Below, piece by piece: positions 27,411-36,126 of a stretch of DNA of 40,535 nucleotides. The translations under genes and the position numbers were made by a program. The stretch spans positions 1 to 40,535 of IMG/VR virus record IMGVR_UViG_3300049173_000046. One strand, 5' to 3'. The DNA comes from a virus (taxonomy: Duplodnaviria > Caudoviricetes). The notes beneath the pieces are model-generated. The model did no database searches. It saw nothing but the letters and a program-made list of their open reading frames with translations, and had not been told where the DNA came from. Numbering within the stretch: the first letter of the stretch is position 1; each line of letters opens with the position of its first letter.

Positions 27411-27683
27411 GTGGAACAAAACGAGGTGCGGGTTTTCATCCGGCCGCGGACGGCGGAAGACTCGGCCGGGGAAGTGAAAACGGCGCTGCGGCTGGCTATG
27501 GACTCCGGCGGCTGGTCTACCCGGACCCTTCAGGCTGCTTCCGGCGTTTCCCGTCCTACCATTGCGAACCTTGCGCGCGGTAAGGGCGGGGTCGAAAAAC
27601 GGAAGGCGGTCGCGCTTTCGGAAGCTCTCGGGCTCAAGGTGTGGGACCTTTTCCAGCACGGCGACTCTGCGGAAGTGGCCTAA
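27411..27683 (+). CDS. Cro-like HTH protein
   Basis: WSTRTLQAASGVSRPTIANL..ALSEALG..DLF; first gene of rightward operon. Confidence 0.85.
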   Translation: MEQNEVRVFIRPRTAEDSAGEVKTALRLAMDSGGWSTRTLQAASGVSRPTIANLARGKGGVEKRKAVALSEALGLKVWDLFQHGDSAEVA

Positions 27684-27685
27684 GT

Positions 27686-27811
27686 GTGGACGCGCTGGCG
27701 CGGCTCGACGCGCTGGTCTTCCGCTGTCCGTCCTGCGGTGCCTGGCGGCTGCCGCCGGAATACATGCGCCGGCCGCACTCCTGCTTCCGGAACCGGGGGC
27801 TGGTCCGGTGA
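27686..27811 (+). CDS. 41-aa Zn-ribbon peptide (not in ORF track)
   Basis: MDALARLDALVFRCPSCGAW..HSC; GTGA overlap with exonuclease. Confidence 0.55.
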   Translation: MDALARLDALVFRCPSCGAWRLPPEYMRRPHSCFRNRGLVR

Positions 27812-28851
27812 CGCTTGAACTGTGGCCGGACCATGGCCGGCTTGTCCTCGCTGCCGGCGACTATAAGCGGGACCGGGCGGCGTGGCTCAAGGCGCGGAAG
27901 TCCGGGCTGGGCGCTTCGGATACGGCCGCTATTCTCGGGCTCAATCCGTACAAAACGGCGCTGGACGTATGGCGGGAAAAAACGGCAGCGGCGGACCCGG
28001 ACGACCGGGAAGTCTCGGAAGCGGCAGCCATGGGGCATCTTTTCGAAACGCCGGTCGCGCGCCGGACGGTCAAGCAACGGCCGGACCTCGGGAAGCTCGT
28101 GGCAACTCCTGGACTCCTGGGGCATCCGGAACATTCGTGGATGCTGGCCACGGTGGACTTCGGCCTGGCTCCGCGCGGCAGCCGGGGGGCCCCCGTTCGG
28201 GACCTGCTGGAAGTGAAAACGACGTCGGTCCGTGCCTACCGGAACAACTGGCGCGACGGCATCCCGCCGGCGCTGGTGCAAGTACAGGCGCAGCAACAAA
28301 TGGCGGTAACCGGGGTCGGCCGGTGCTGGGTGACTGTCGCCGTGGGCGGGCTCGGTTCCGGGCTCTGCTCCATCCCGGACCCTTACCCGGTGGACTATTC
28401 GCCGGACGTCTTCCGGCAACTGGTGGACTACGCCGGCCGCTGGTGGGAAGACTTCGTGGTCGGCGGCGTCATGCCGGCCCCGGTGCCGGCGGACGCCGGG
28501 AAGCTGGGGGACCTCTGGCCGGTGGACGATTCCCTCGACGCGGCGGAACTAACGCCGGACCTCGAGGCGACTCTTGCGGACTACCTGGACGCGAAACGCC
28601 GGCGCGACGCGGCGGCGCTGGACCTCGACGCGGCCGCGGTCAAGCTGCAGGCAGCTATCGGGCCCCGTTCGGCCCTGGCGGACCTCGACGGCCGGGCCGT
28701 CGCTACCTGGAAGCAATACGCCGGCAAACGGACCCTAGACAAAAAGGCGCTGGCCGCGGAACGGCCGGACGTCGCGGAAGTGGTCGAACAATTTACCCGG
28801 ACCGGCGAACCTTACCGGCGGTTCATAGTGAAAGAAGAAGTGGACGCATGA
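27808..28851 (+). CDS. YqaJ/RecE-like exonuclease
   Basis: WL..RK.GLGASD.AAILG..PY, GH.FE, ATVD, LEVKT, Q.QQQM.V motifs. Confidence 0.93.
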   Translation: MTLELWPDHGRLVLAAGDYKRDRAAWLKARKSGLGASDTAAILGLNPYKTALDVWREKTAAADPDDREVSEAAAMGHLFETPVARRTVKQRPDLGKLVATPGLLGHPEHSWMLATVDFGLAPRGSRGAPVRDLLEVKTTSVRAYRNNWRDGIPPALVQVQAQQQMAVTGVGRCWVTVAVGGLGSGLCSIPDPYPVDYSPDVFRQLVDYAGRWWEDFVVGGVMPAPVPADAGKLGDLWPVDDSLDAAELTPDLEATLADYLDAKRRRDAAALDLDAAAVKLQAAIGPRSALADLDGRAVATWKQYAGKRTLDKKALAAERPDVAEVVEQFTRTGEPYRRFIVKEEVDA

Positions 28852-29627
28852 CGGAACAAGCGAACGCCGGGCAGGACTTGGCGGCAGTGATCGGGGAAAA
28901 GGCAGTCCAGCGGGGGCAGGCGTCCGCGTTCGATTTGGTGTCCTCCATGGCCGGGCAGTTCGGGCGGACCCTGCCGCCGGAATACCCGGTGGACAAGTTC
29001 GTCCGGGACGCGATAACCGAACTAAAGCAAAACGCGGACCTGCAAGCGTGTACGGGGGAAAGTCTCCTGGGGGCGTTCATGACGGCGGCCCGGCTGGGCC
29101 TGGAAGTGGGCGGGCCCCTCGGGCTGTTCTATCTCACTCCGCGCCGGCTCAAGGGCGTGCCGACCGTGGTTCCTATCGTCGGTTACCGGGGCCTGGTGGA
29201 ACTGGCGCGCCGGTCCGGCCGGGTCGGTGCCGTCAAGGCGTGGGTGGTTTACGAGGGGGACTTGTTCCGGGAAGGCGCGAATTCGGAACGCGGGCCGTTC
29301 TTCGACTTCGAACCGCTGCCGGGCGGGCCGGCCGGCCGGCCGGAAGTGGGCGTGCTCGCCGCGGCCCGGCTGTCCGGCGGCGACGTTCAGCACGTCTATC
29401 TCACGATAGAAGAAGTAAACGCGCGAAAAGGCCGGGGCGCGGCGGGCGACTCCGGACCCTGGCGAACGGACCGGGCGGCAATGATCCGGAAAACGGGGGT
29501 CCGGGCCCTGGCCGGTGATCTTCCCCAAAGTTCCGCGCTTGCTCTGGCGCGGGTAGTCGATGAACAAGTGCAAACCTTCGTACCCGGCGAAACGCTGGAT
29601 CCCGGAACGGGTGAACTTGCGCCGTGA
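28848..29627 (+). CDS. recT: RecT-like single-strand annealing protein
   Basis: L..CT.ESLLGA..AARLGL, GYRGL.ELARRSG, VYEGD.F, PW..D..AM.RKT motifs. Confidence 0.93.
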   Translation: MTEQANAGQDLAAVIGEKAVQRGQASAFDLVSSMAGQFGRTLPPEYPVDKFVRDAITELKQNADLQACTGESLLGAFMTAARLGLEVGGPLGLFYLTPRRLKGVPTVVPIVGYRGLVELARRSGRVGAVKAWVVYEGDLFREGANSERGPFFDFEPLPGGPAGRPEVGVLAAARLSGGDVQHVYLTIEEVNARKGRGAAGDSGPWRTDRAAMIRKTGVRALAGDLPQSSALALARVVDEQVQTFVPGETLDPGTGELAP

Positions 29628-29764
29628 TAGGCGCGGCGTCGCTTTTCGTGCTGGCGGTCCTGTGTATCCAGGTACTGCTCATATGGGCGGCAGCGTTCGC
29701 CGTGGCCGGGGTCATGCTCATTCTCCTGGTAGTCGGTTCTATGTGGAAAAGGTGGGGTAAATGA
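29624..29764 (+). CDS. 46-aa membrane peptide (not in ORF track)
   Basis: GTGA/ATGA overlaps on both sides; nearly all hydrophobic. Confidence 0.6.
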   Translation: MIGAASLFVLAVLCIQVLLIWAAAFAVAGVMLILLVVGSMWKRWGK

Positions 29765-30141
29765 TCGAACGGAACGCCGGGCCGGTCCGGACCGGGGACC
29801 CGGAAACTTCCCATATGGCGGCCGCCGTGGTGGGCCCTTCTATTCGGACCGTCCGGACTCGGGTCCTCCTGCTGCTCTCCGGCGCGGACGCTGACAACGG
29901 GCTGACCCACGACGAACTAATCGCGTTATATCGCAAGCGGGGCCGGCTGCTGGGCTGGCCGGCGGCGTCGGATTCCTCCATCCGGACCCGGTGTAATGAA
30001 CTTTTCAAGGACGGGGAAGTGGAACGGGTCCCGGATACGGTCGGGAAGTCTCGGGCCGGCAATACGTCCTTGCTTTGGCGTGCCGTCGTTGTCCACAAAG
30101 AAAAGACGATTGGGGATAAACCTGTGGACGGTGTCGCGTGA
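29761..30141 (+). CDS. Winged-helix DNA-binding protein
   Basis: R..DP.TS..AA, GLT.DEL, RTR..EL..G.V motifs. Confidence 0.75.
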   Translation: MIERNAGPVRTGDPETSHMAAAVVGPSIRTVRTRVLLLLSGADADNGLTHDELIALYRKRGRLLGWPAASDSSIRTRCNELFKDGEVERVPDTVGKSRAGNTSLLWRAVVVHKEKTIGDKPVDGVA

Positions 30142-30605
30142 CGCCGTGGCTTTTCGGGCTCGACGTCGACGGCGTTCCGGTTCCTCAAGGCAGCAAGCGG
30201 ATAGGCCGGAACCGGGGGACCGGCCGGCCGGTGCTGCTGGACGATAACCGGAACCTGGAAGCGTGGCGGGCCCTGGTGGCGCTCCGGGCCCGGCAGGCGT
30301 GGGGCGGCCGGCCCCCCATTGCCGGCCCGGTGTCGGTATGGGCTGACTTTTACCTGCCGCGGCCGGCCGGGCACTTCGGCACCGGCCGGAACGCCGGCGT
30401 CCTCAAGGCGTCCGCGCCGTTTTATCCGGCGGTCAAGCCGGACGGGGACAAACTCCTGCGGGCCGTCTTCGACTCGCTCACGACGGCCGGCGTCTGGAAA
30501 GACGATTCCCTCGCCGTCGTGTGGTCCGGGGCCAAACATTACGCCGGCCCTCTGCGGGTGCCGGGCGTGTCCATTCAAATTCGGGATATGGGGGTGCTGT
30601 CGTGA
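30138..30605 (+). CDS. rusA: RusA-like Holliday junction resolvase
   Basis: PVPQGSK, KPD.DKL.RAV.DSL..W.DDS.V..K.Y. Confidence 0.93.
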   Translation: MTPWLFGLDVDGVPVPQGSKRIGRNRGTGRPVLLDDNRNLEAWRALVALRARQAWGGRPPIAGPVSVWADFYLPRPAGHFGTGRNAGVLKASAPFYPAVKPDGDKLLRAVFDSLTTAGVWKDDSLAVVWSGAKHYAGPLRVPGVSIQIRDMGVLS

Positions 30606-31399
30606 GTATCGAGGCTGTTTCGTGGGCGCTGAACTTTGCGGACGTCCGGGACCCTGGGGAAGCTCTCGTGCTAATCGGGATTGCGAATCATGCCGGGAAG
30701 GACGGCCGCGGCTGCTGGGCCGGGCAGGCGACGCTGGCGCACTATGCGCGTTGCTCGGAACGGACCCTGCGGCGGAAGCTGTCCGCGCTGGAAGCGCGCG
30801 GGGTGATCGTCCGCGGCGACCAGGCACTTGTGGACCATATCCCGGCGTCTCGCCGTCCGGTGGTGTGGGACTTGGAATGGCCGGGACAAAATGGCCGGCC
30901 GGTCAGTCTGTCCGGTCAAGTTGGGCAGCGGGGGCCGGTCACTGGTGGCAGCATGGCCGGTCAAAATGAACCGAGTGGCCGGTCACGGATGTCCGACAAA
31001 CCGGAAGATAAACCGTTAGGGGAACCGTCAGACTTAAAGAACTCGGCCGGCGGCTACAGTTTCGCGGATTTTTGGACCGTTTACCCTCGGCGCGAAAAGC
31101 GGGCGGAAGCGGTCAAGGCGTGGGAAAAGGCAGTCAAGCGGGCGGACCCTGGCGCGATTGTCGCCGGGGCCATCCGGTACTTGCAGGACCCTAACCGGGA
31201 CCCGGCCTTTACGGCGCACGCGTCCTCGTGGCTGAACGGGGACCGGTGGGAAGATGAACCGCTGCCGGCGCGCGGCAGGCAGGCGGACCGGGGGGCCGGC
31301 ATCCTGCAGGCGGAATACCTGGCGGCTCAAGCTGCGGACGCTGCCGGCGTCCTCGGGTACGTTCCGGGCCAGCTCGCTATCGACGGGGGCCCCCGATGA
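30602..31399 (+). CDS. Replication initiator (N-terminal wHTH, C-terminal FW..YP domain)
   Basis: MSIEAVSWA..VLIGIANHA..SERT..L..LE..G; F.DFW.VYPRR..K.A..AW, H.SSWLN.DRW.D. Confidence 0.85.
   Translation: MSIEAVSWALNFADVRDPGEALVLIGIANHAGKDGRGCWAGQATLAHYARCSERTLRRKLSALEARGVIVRGDQALVDHIPASRRPVVWDLEWPGQNGRPVSLSGQVGQRGPVTGGSMAGQNEPSGRSRMSDKPEDKPLGEPSDLKNSAGGYSFADFWTVYPRREKRAEAVKAWEKAVKRADPGAIVAGAIRYLQDPNRDPAFTAHASSWLNGDRWEDEPLPARGRQADRGAGILQAEYLAAQAADAAGVLGYVPGQLAIDGGPR
30897..30985 (+). repeat. Iteron-like GGCCGGTCA repeats (candidate lytic origin)
   Basis: Copies at 30897, 30910 (GTCCGGTCA), 30933, 30955, 30977; last three exactly 22 bp apart. Confidence 0.6.
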
Positions 31400-32721
31400 C
31401 TCTGGAGCCTTACTTCGCGGACGATTCCGCGACGGTTTACGCCGGCGATTGCCTGGACGTCCTCCGGCAGCTTCCGGACAACTCGGTCGACGCCGTGGTG
31501 ACTGATCCGCCGTATGGGCTGGGCAACACTACGCCGGACCTCGTGGCGCAAACTCTGACGGCGTGGGTAGGCGGGGACCGGGAATTCATCCCGGAAGGCC
31601 GGGGCTTTATGGGCCGGCCCTGGGATGCTTTCGTTCCGCCGGTGGCCGTGTGGGATGAAGTGGGCCGGGTCCTCAAGCCGGGCGGCCACGCGCTGGTCTT
31701 CGCCGGGTCCCGGACTCAGGACCTTATGACGCTAGGGCTCCGGCTGGCCGGCCTGGATATCCGGGACACGATCATGTGGGCCTATGGGTCCGGGTTCCCT
31801 AAGTCAAAAGACGTTACGGAAGCTATGGGCCGGTTCCTCGCCGGCGAACGGCCGGCGTCCGGGATAGCTCCGGACGTCTACCGGGTGACGGGTTTCCTCA
31901 AGGCAGCGCGCGACGCTGCCGGCTGGACTAACCGGCAGATAGACGAAATTTTCAAGACTAACGGGATGGCCGGACATTGGACCAGCCAGGCTTCTCAACC
32001 GTCCGTGCCGTCCGTCCGTCAGTGGGAAATTCTCAAGGGGCTTTTAGGGTTCGGGGACGAAATGGACGAACTCGTGGCGGACCTCGGAAGCACTGAACGG
32101 CCGGAAGACTGGGGGCAGGGGGACGGCGACGACCAGTTCCTTTCCACGCTGCGGAAGAACGTGGAATATGCGAATTCGGGCGGCTGGGGTACTGCGCTAA
32201 AGCCGGCTTACGAGCCGATTATCGTGGCGCGTAAACCGGTGGCCGGCAGCATAACGGCGAACGTCAACGCGTGGGGAACGGGCGCGTTCAATATCGACGG
32301 CTGCCGGACCGGCACGGAAGGCGGGGACGCCGGCGGCGGCCGCTGGCCGCTGAATGTCCTGGTGGACGAATCGCAAGCGGGGGAACTGAACCGGCAGGCA
32401 CCGGGGGAATTGCCGGGCCGGTTCTTCCCGACCTTCCGTTATGAAGCTAAGGCGTCCACGGAAGAACGGCCGGCGGTAAACGGCGTTAGCCATCCAACTG
32501 TCAAACCTCTGGAACTTATGCGCTGGCTCTGCCGGCTGGTCACTCCGCCGGGCGGGGTGATCCTGGACCCGTTCGCCGGGTCCGGCTCCACGGTGGAAGC
32601 GGCCGTCCTGGAACGGTTCCGGGCCGTGGGCGTGGAACGTCAGCCGGAATACCTGCCGCTAATCCGGGCCCGGCTGACTAAACCGCTGCAGCCGGTCCTC
32701 GACTTCGGGGCCCTGGTATGA
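31396..32721 (+). CDS. DNA methyltransferase, N4-C/N6-A beta class, with HTH insertion
   Basis: TDPPY, HPTVKP, ILDPFAGSGST. Confidence 0.93.
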   Translation: MTLEPYFADDSATVYAGDCLDVLRQLPDNSVDAVVTDPPYGLGNTTPDLVAQTLTAWVGGDREFIPEGRGFMGRPWDAFVPPVAVWDEVGRVLKPGGHALVFAGSRTQDLMTLGLRLAGLDIRDTIMWAYGSGFPKSKDVTEAMGRFLAGERPASGIAPDVYRVTGFLKAARDAAGWTNRQIDEIFKTNGMAGHWTSQASQPSVPSVRQWEILKGLLGFGDEMDELVADLGSTERPEDWGQGDGDDQFLSTLRKNVEYANSGGWGTALKPAYEPIIVARKPVAGSITANVNAWGTGAFNIDGCRTGTEGGDAGGGRWPLNVLVDESQAGELNRQAPGELPGRFFPTFRYEAKASTEERPAVNGVSHPTVKPLELMRWLCRLVTPPGGVILDPFAGSGSTVEAAVLERFRAVGVERQPEYLPLIRARLTKPLQPVLDFGALV

Positions 32722-33182
32722 ACGGCCGGGGCATGACGCAAACGGAAGCACTCGGCCTGGTGGCATACCTGAACCGGGCCGGGATGCTGCCGGCCATGGA
32801 AGGTCAGGCGGCGGTCTGGAAGGACGCGCTGTGGGACGTCCGGGCCCCCGATGCCATGGAAGCGGCGCGCCGGCTCGTGCGGCAGCCGGACCGGGTGGCA
32901 TACGTCAAGCCGGGCGACGTCCTGCGGGAAGTGCGGAAGCTCCGGGCGGACCGTATCGGCGGCCGCCGGCCGCCGGCCCCGCCGGAACCGCTGGAACCGG
33001 TGCGGGATCTCGAATTTCAGCGGGTCTACCTGGTGGCGCTCGGGGACGGGGCAACGGAAGCGGAAGCGGACGCGGCGGCTTGCTCGGCGCTGGGGCAGGT
33101 CCGCGGGCAGCTTCCGCCGGCGGACCTGCCGCGGCTGCGGGCGCTTATGGCCGGCAAAACGGAAGGCGGGGCGAATGGGTAA
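32718..33182 (+). CDS. Hypothetical (helicase loader/inhibitor-like)
   Basis: W.DAL..A..A..KPGDV..VRK.R pattern near initiator. Confidence 0.5.
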   Translation: MNGRGMTQTEALGLVAYLNRAGMLPAMEGQAAVWKDALWDVRAPDAMEAARRLVRQPDRVAYVKPGDVLREVRKLRADRIGGRRPPAPPEPLEPVRDLEFQRVYLVALGDGATEAEADAAACSALGQVRGQLPPADLPRLRALMAGKTEGGANG

Positions 33183-33783
33183 CTATGCGGCGGAATGGGA
33201 AGCGGAACAAGCGCGGGCCCTGGCGGCTCATATCGGCCGGACCGTGTCCCGGCTCGAATCGCTGGCCGAAAAGTACGGGCAGCTTCGGGGGATGCTGGGC
33301 GACGTCGGGCAGCCGGGGGGCGGGGATGAAGTCCGGACGCCGTCGCGGCCGGGCAGCCGGCCCCCGTTGCGGGTGGACGTCCTCGACACGTTGGGCGACG
33401 TCGAACGCTTCGTGGAGGAACTGTTGCCGCTGGTCCGGGGAACGCTCCGGCTCGGGCCGGGGCCGGGGGCAGCCGGCCGGGGCGTCCGGGTCCGGGCCGG
33501 GCTGGCGGTCATGGCGGCCGGGCTCGGCGGCGTCTATTCTGAGGACCCTGGGTTGGGCGATGCCGTTTCGTCCGCGGCGTGGAAGCTCGAACGCCGGGCC
33601 GCGTGGATTTTCGGGGAACGGTCGAGGGCGTTTGCTCTTACTGAGCCTTGCGCGGCGTGCGGGATGCCGGCCCTTTGGGTTGTCCCGGAACGGATGGTTA
33701 TCCGCTGCGGTAACCCGGCCTGCGGGGATACTCGGCCGGTCGACGTGGTCCTTCCCGTCTACGTTTCCGGGCCGGCATCCTAG
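33175..33783 (+). CDS. Hypothetical protein with C-terminal Zn ribbon
   Basis: P.SRPPL..D.LD, CAACG..C.NPAC; ATG 33175. Confidence 0.65.
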   Translation: MGNYAAEWEAEQARALAAHIGRTVSRLESLAEKYGQLRGMLGDVGQPGGGDEVRTPSRPGSRPPLRVDVLDTLGDVERFVEELLPLVRGTLRLGPGPGAAGRGVRVRAGLAVMAAGLGGVYSEDPGLGDAVSSAAWKLERRAAWIFGERSRAFALTEPCAACGMPALWVVPERMVIRCGNPACGDTRPVDVVLPVYVSGPAS

Positions 33784-33835
33784 CGGCTTTATGACGGAAA
33801 AAACAGCGTACTTACTACCTGAAAAAGCTTGTGAC

Positions 33836-33872
33836 TTGCTCCACTCAATCGATTAGTCTATAAAACGTAGAC
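33836..33872 (+). promoter_or_regulatory. SigA-type promoter overlapped by operator
   Basis: TTGCTC-17-TATAAA; GTCTA-TAAAACG-TAGAC at 33856-33872. Confidence 0.7.
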
Positions 33873-33901
33873 GGGGACACTAACCAAAGAAGGCGGGCAC
33901 T

Positions 33902-34147
33902 ATGACGGCGGCTCAAGAATGGCAGGTAACTGCTCCGGGTTTTGCGGTCGGACCGGAACGCGTGGTGGAAGGCACCGGGGGCGCGCGGGCCGCGATTTCG
34001 GTGTTCTGGACGGACGAGGACGGGCTTTGCGTCAATGTGGACGCGGGCGACGTGCTGTGGCCGGCAGCTATGGCGGAAGCTGTCGCGCTGGAACTGGTCC
34101 GGCTTGCCGCGCTGCCGGCTCCGGTCCTCTCGGAATTCGCGGCATAG
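33902..34147 (+). CDS. Hypothetical protein, stand-alone transcription unit
   Basis: Own promoter/operator, SD and downstream terminator. Confidence 0.7.
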   Translation: MTAAQEWQVTAPGFAVGPERVVEGTGGARAAISVFWTDEDGLCVNVDAGDVLWPAAMAEAVALELVRLAALPAPVLSEFAA

Positions 34148-34151
34148 TAGG

Positions 34152-34185
34152 TCGGGCGCTTCGGCGCGCTTCGGGCGTCTTTTTT
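34152..34185 (+). terminator. Probable terminator
   Basis: GGGCGCTTCGG..TTCGGGCGTCT + T run. Confidence 0.5.
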
Positions 34186-34245
34186 GCCTGGACGCGGGCG
34201 GTCCTAAATTTAGACGGTCAATAGACGGAACCAGAAGGGGTACTA

Positions 34246-34533
34246 GTGGAAGAAGAAGAAAACGGCCGAACCGATATCCGGGTCCTGCTCCGTCCGGCGC
34301 GCTATCCGTGCGACTGTGGGGAATGCCGGCCGGAAGTCGTGCCGGTGGTGGTCGGGGTCCTGCCGGCCCTGGTGGTCACTTTCGCGGAAGAATCTGGCCG
34401 GCTCTCGCTGGTCCATGTCGATTCGACGGGGCCGGAAACGCTGGAAGAACTCGCGGACTTTCTGGAATCGATGGCGCACTCGCTCCGGGCCGGGACCGTG
34501 ACGCCGGTGGAAGGTCCCGGCGGTGGCGACTGA
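34246..34533 (+). CDS. Hypothetical protein
   Basis: AAGGGG SD, CDCGEC. Confidence 0.65.
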   Translation: MEEEENGRTDIRVLLRPARYPCDCGECRPEVVPVVVGVLPALVVTFAEESGRLSLVHVDSTGPETLEELADFLESMAHSLRAGTVTPVEGPGGGD

Positions 34534-34945
34534 ACCGCCGGCCCAGGCTACTCTCTATCTGGCCGGCCCGATGTCCGGTTTGCCGGATTTCAATCGGCCG
34601 GCGTTTGACCTGGCGGCCCGTAAGTTGCGCGGGGCCGGGTTCGCCGTCCTCAATCCGGCGGAACTGCCGGAACCTGGGCCGGCCCCTGTTTGGTCCGATT
34701 GGATGCGGCCGGCGCTGCGGCTGCTGCTCGACGCGGACGCCGTGGCGCTGCTGCCGGGCTGGCGGGAATCGCGGGGCGCGGTGATCGAATCGGACCTGGC
34801 GCGGGCCCTGGACCTGCCGCGGCTGCCGGTCCTCGGCTGGCTTACTGCCGCCGGGCAGAATGCTTACCGGGGCCGGCTGCTCGGGCCGGATTATGACCTG
34901 ACTGTGCTAGATGAAGTAGGGGGCCGGCATGGCGGGGAAGGCTAA
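34523..34945 (+). CDS. DUF4406 / nucleoside 2-deoxyribosyltransferase-like protein
   Basis: LYLAGPMSG..FN..AF..VLNPA..LPGW..S.GA..E. Confidence 0.85.
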   Translation: MATEPPAQATLYLAGPMSGLPDFNRPAFDLAARKLRGAGFAVLNPAELPEPGPAPVWSDWMRPALRLLLDADAVALLPGWRESRGAVIESDLARALDLPRLPVLGWLTAAGQNAYRGRLLGPDYDLTVLDEVGGRHGGEG

Positions 34946-35192
34946 GCGGCCGGCCGGCGACGCGGGCCGGGCCGTCCGGGACAACGTCCGGATAGCGCGC
35001 GGGTTCATGCCGTATGCCGAACTGTCGCGCCGGCTCGGGGAAAAGGGCGTGGATATCCCGCCGTTAGGGCTCCGGCGTATCGAAAAGGGGGCGCGGCGCG
35101 TGGACGTGGATGAACTTGTGGCGTTCTCGGACGTCTTCGGCATTCCGGTTATTGTCTTGCTCGGGCGGTCCGGCATCCGGGGGGCAAAATGA
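34929..35192 (+). CDS. XRE-family HTH protein
   Basis: YAELSRRL..LRRIEKG.RRVDVDELVA. Confidence 0.85.
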   Translation: MAGKAKRPAGDAGRAVRDNVRIARGFMPYAELSRRLGEKGVDIPPLGLRRIEKGARRVDVDELVAFSDVFGIPVIVLLGRSGIRGAK

Positions 35193-35623
35193 CGCCGGGG
35201 CCGTTCTACTACCACGGCGGGGTGGACGGGCTCCGGCCGGGGGACCTCCTGCTGCCGGGGCATCCTCGGAAGTCGCACGACGGTTGTCCCTGGTGCGCGG
35301 CGCGGGAAGCGGGCGGCGCTCACCTCGGTATGGACGGGCCCAGCCAACTGCCGGCGGTCTACTTCACGCCGGTCCGGCTGTACGCGAAATATCACGCCAG
35401 CCTGTATGGCCGGGGGGACCTCTACCGGGTGGAACCGGTGGGCGACGTCGTCCGGTCCCTGGAAGACTCGCTGGAAACGTGGGCGGCTCCGGCCGCGCGG
35501 GTCCTCGCGGTTATTGACCGGGCTGTGCTACTAACCGACACGGAACGCCGGAAACTTTCCCGGATATGGGAAGCGGCAGACAACGAGATGAAAAGGGCGG
35601 GAATATGGCCGGGGAAACACTGA
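35189..35623 (+). CDS. Arr-like ADP-ribosyltransferase fold protein
   Basis: FYYHG..L.PGDLL.P, VYFT, G..YRVEP.G..ED pattern as in rifampin ADP-ribosyltransferase Arr. Confidence 0.65.
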   Translation: MTPGPFYYHGGVDGLRPGDLLLPGHPRKSHDGCPWCAAREAGGAHLGMDGPSQLPAVYFTPVRLYAKYHASLYGRGDLYRVEPVGDVVRSLEDSLETWAAPAARVLAVIDRAVLLTDTERRKLSRIWEAADNEMKRAGIWPGKH

Positions 35624-36120
35624 TAACCGTGGTGGGGAACCTGACGGCGGATCCTGAACTCCGCTTTACGCCGGGGGGTTCGGCGGTGTCGAACTTCACG
35701 GTGGCATCCACTCCGCGGCACTTCGACAAAAACACGAACGAATGGAAAGACGCGGAAACGCTGTTCTTGCGCTGCGCTATCTGGCGGGAAGCGGCCGAAT
35801 ATGTGGCCGAATCGCTCAAAAAGGGAATGCGGGTTATCGTCCAGGGCCGGCTCAAGGCGCGGACCTATGAGGATAAGGCCGGCGAAAAACGGACGGTTTA
35901 CGAACTGGACGTGGAAGAAGTGGGCCCCTCGCTGCGGTACGCGTCCGCGACGGTCAAGCGAATGACGCGGCAGGCGGACCCGTCCGGCGGCTATACGAAC
36001 GGCGGGGGCAACTCGGGGCAGGCAGCGGCAGCCGGCGGGGCCCCCGTTGGGCAGCCGGCGGAAGCTGCCGGCGACTGGGGCGGCGGCTGGGGTTCGCCGG
36101 AAACGGAGCCTGTCTTTTAG
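35605..36120 (+). CDS. ssb: Single-stranded DNA-binding protein
   Basis: [26 protein letters not shown], acidic tail EPVF. Confidence 0.97.
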   Translation: MAGETLITVVGNLTADPELRFTPGGSAVSNFTVASTPRHFDKNTNEWKDAETLFLRCAIWREAAEYVAESLKKGMRVIVQGRLKARTYEDKAGEKRTVYELDVEEVGPSLRYASATVKRMTRQADPSGGYTNGGGNSGQAAAAGGAPVGQPAEAAGDWGGGWGSPETEPVF

Positions 36121-36126
36121 TCGTGC

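Noticed and set aside
27562-28847. Long N-terminal extensions of exonuclease (27562) and RecT (27882)
   Set aside because: They overlap real genes; GTGA/ATGA-coupled starts at 27808 and 28848 fit better
35189-35623. Calling this a bona fide rifampicin-resistance gene arr
   Set aside because: Only the fold motifs match by eye; it lacks the Arr NVT.KKFPGNPT-like segment as I recall it, so no gene symbol was given
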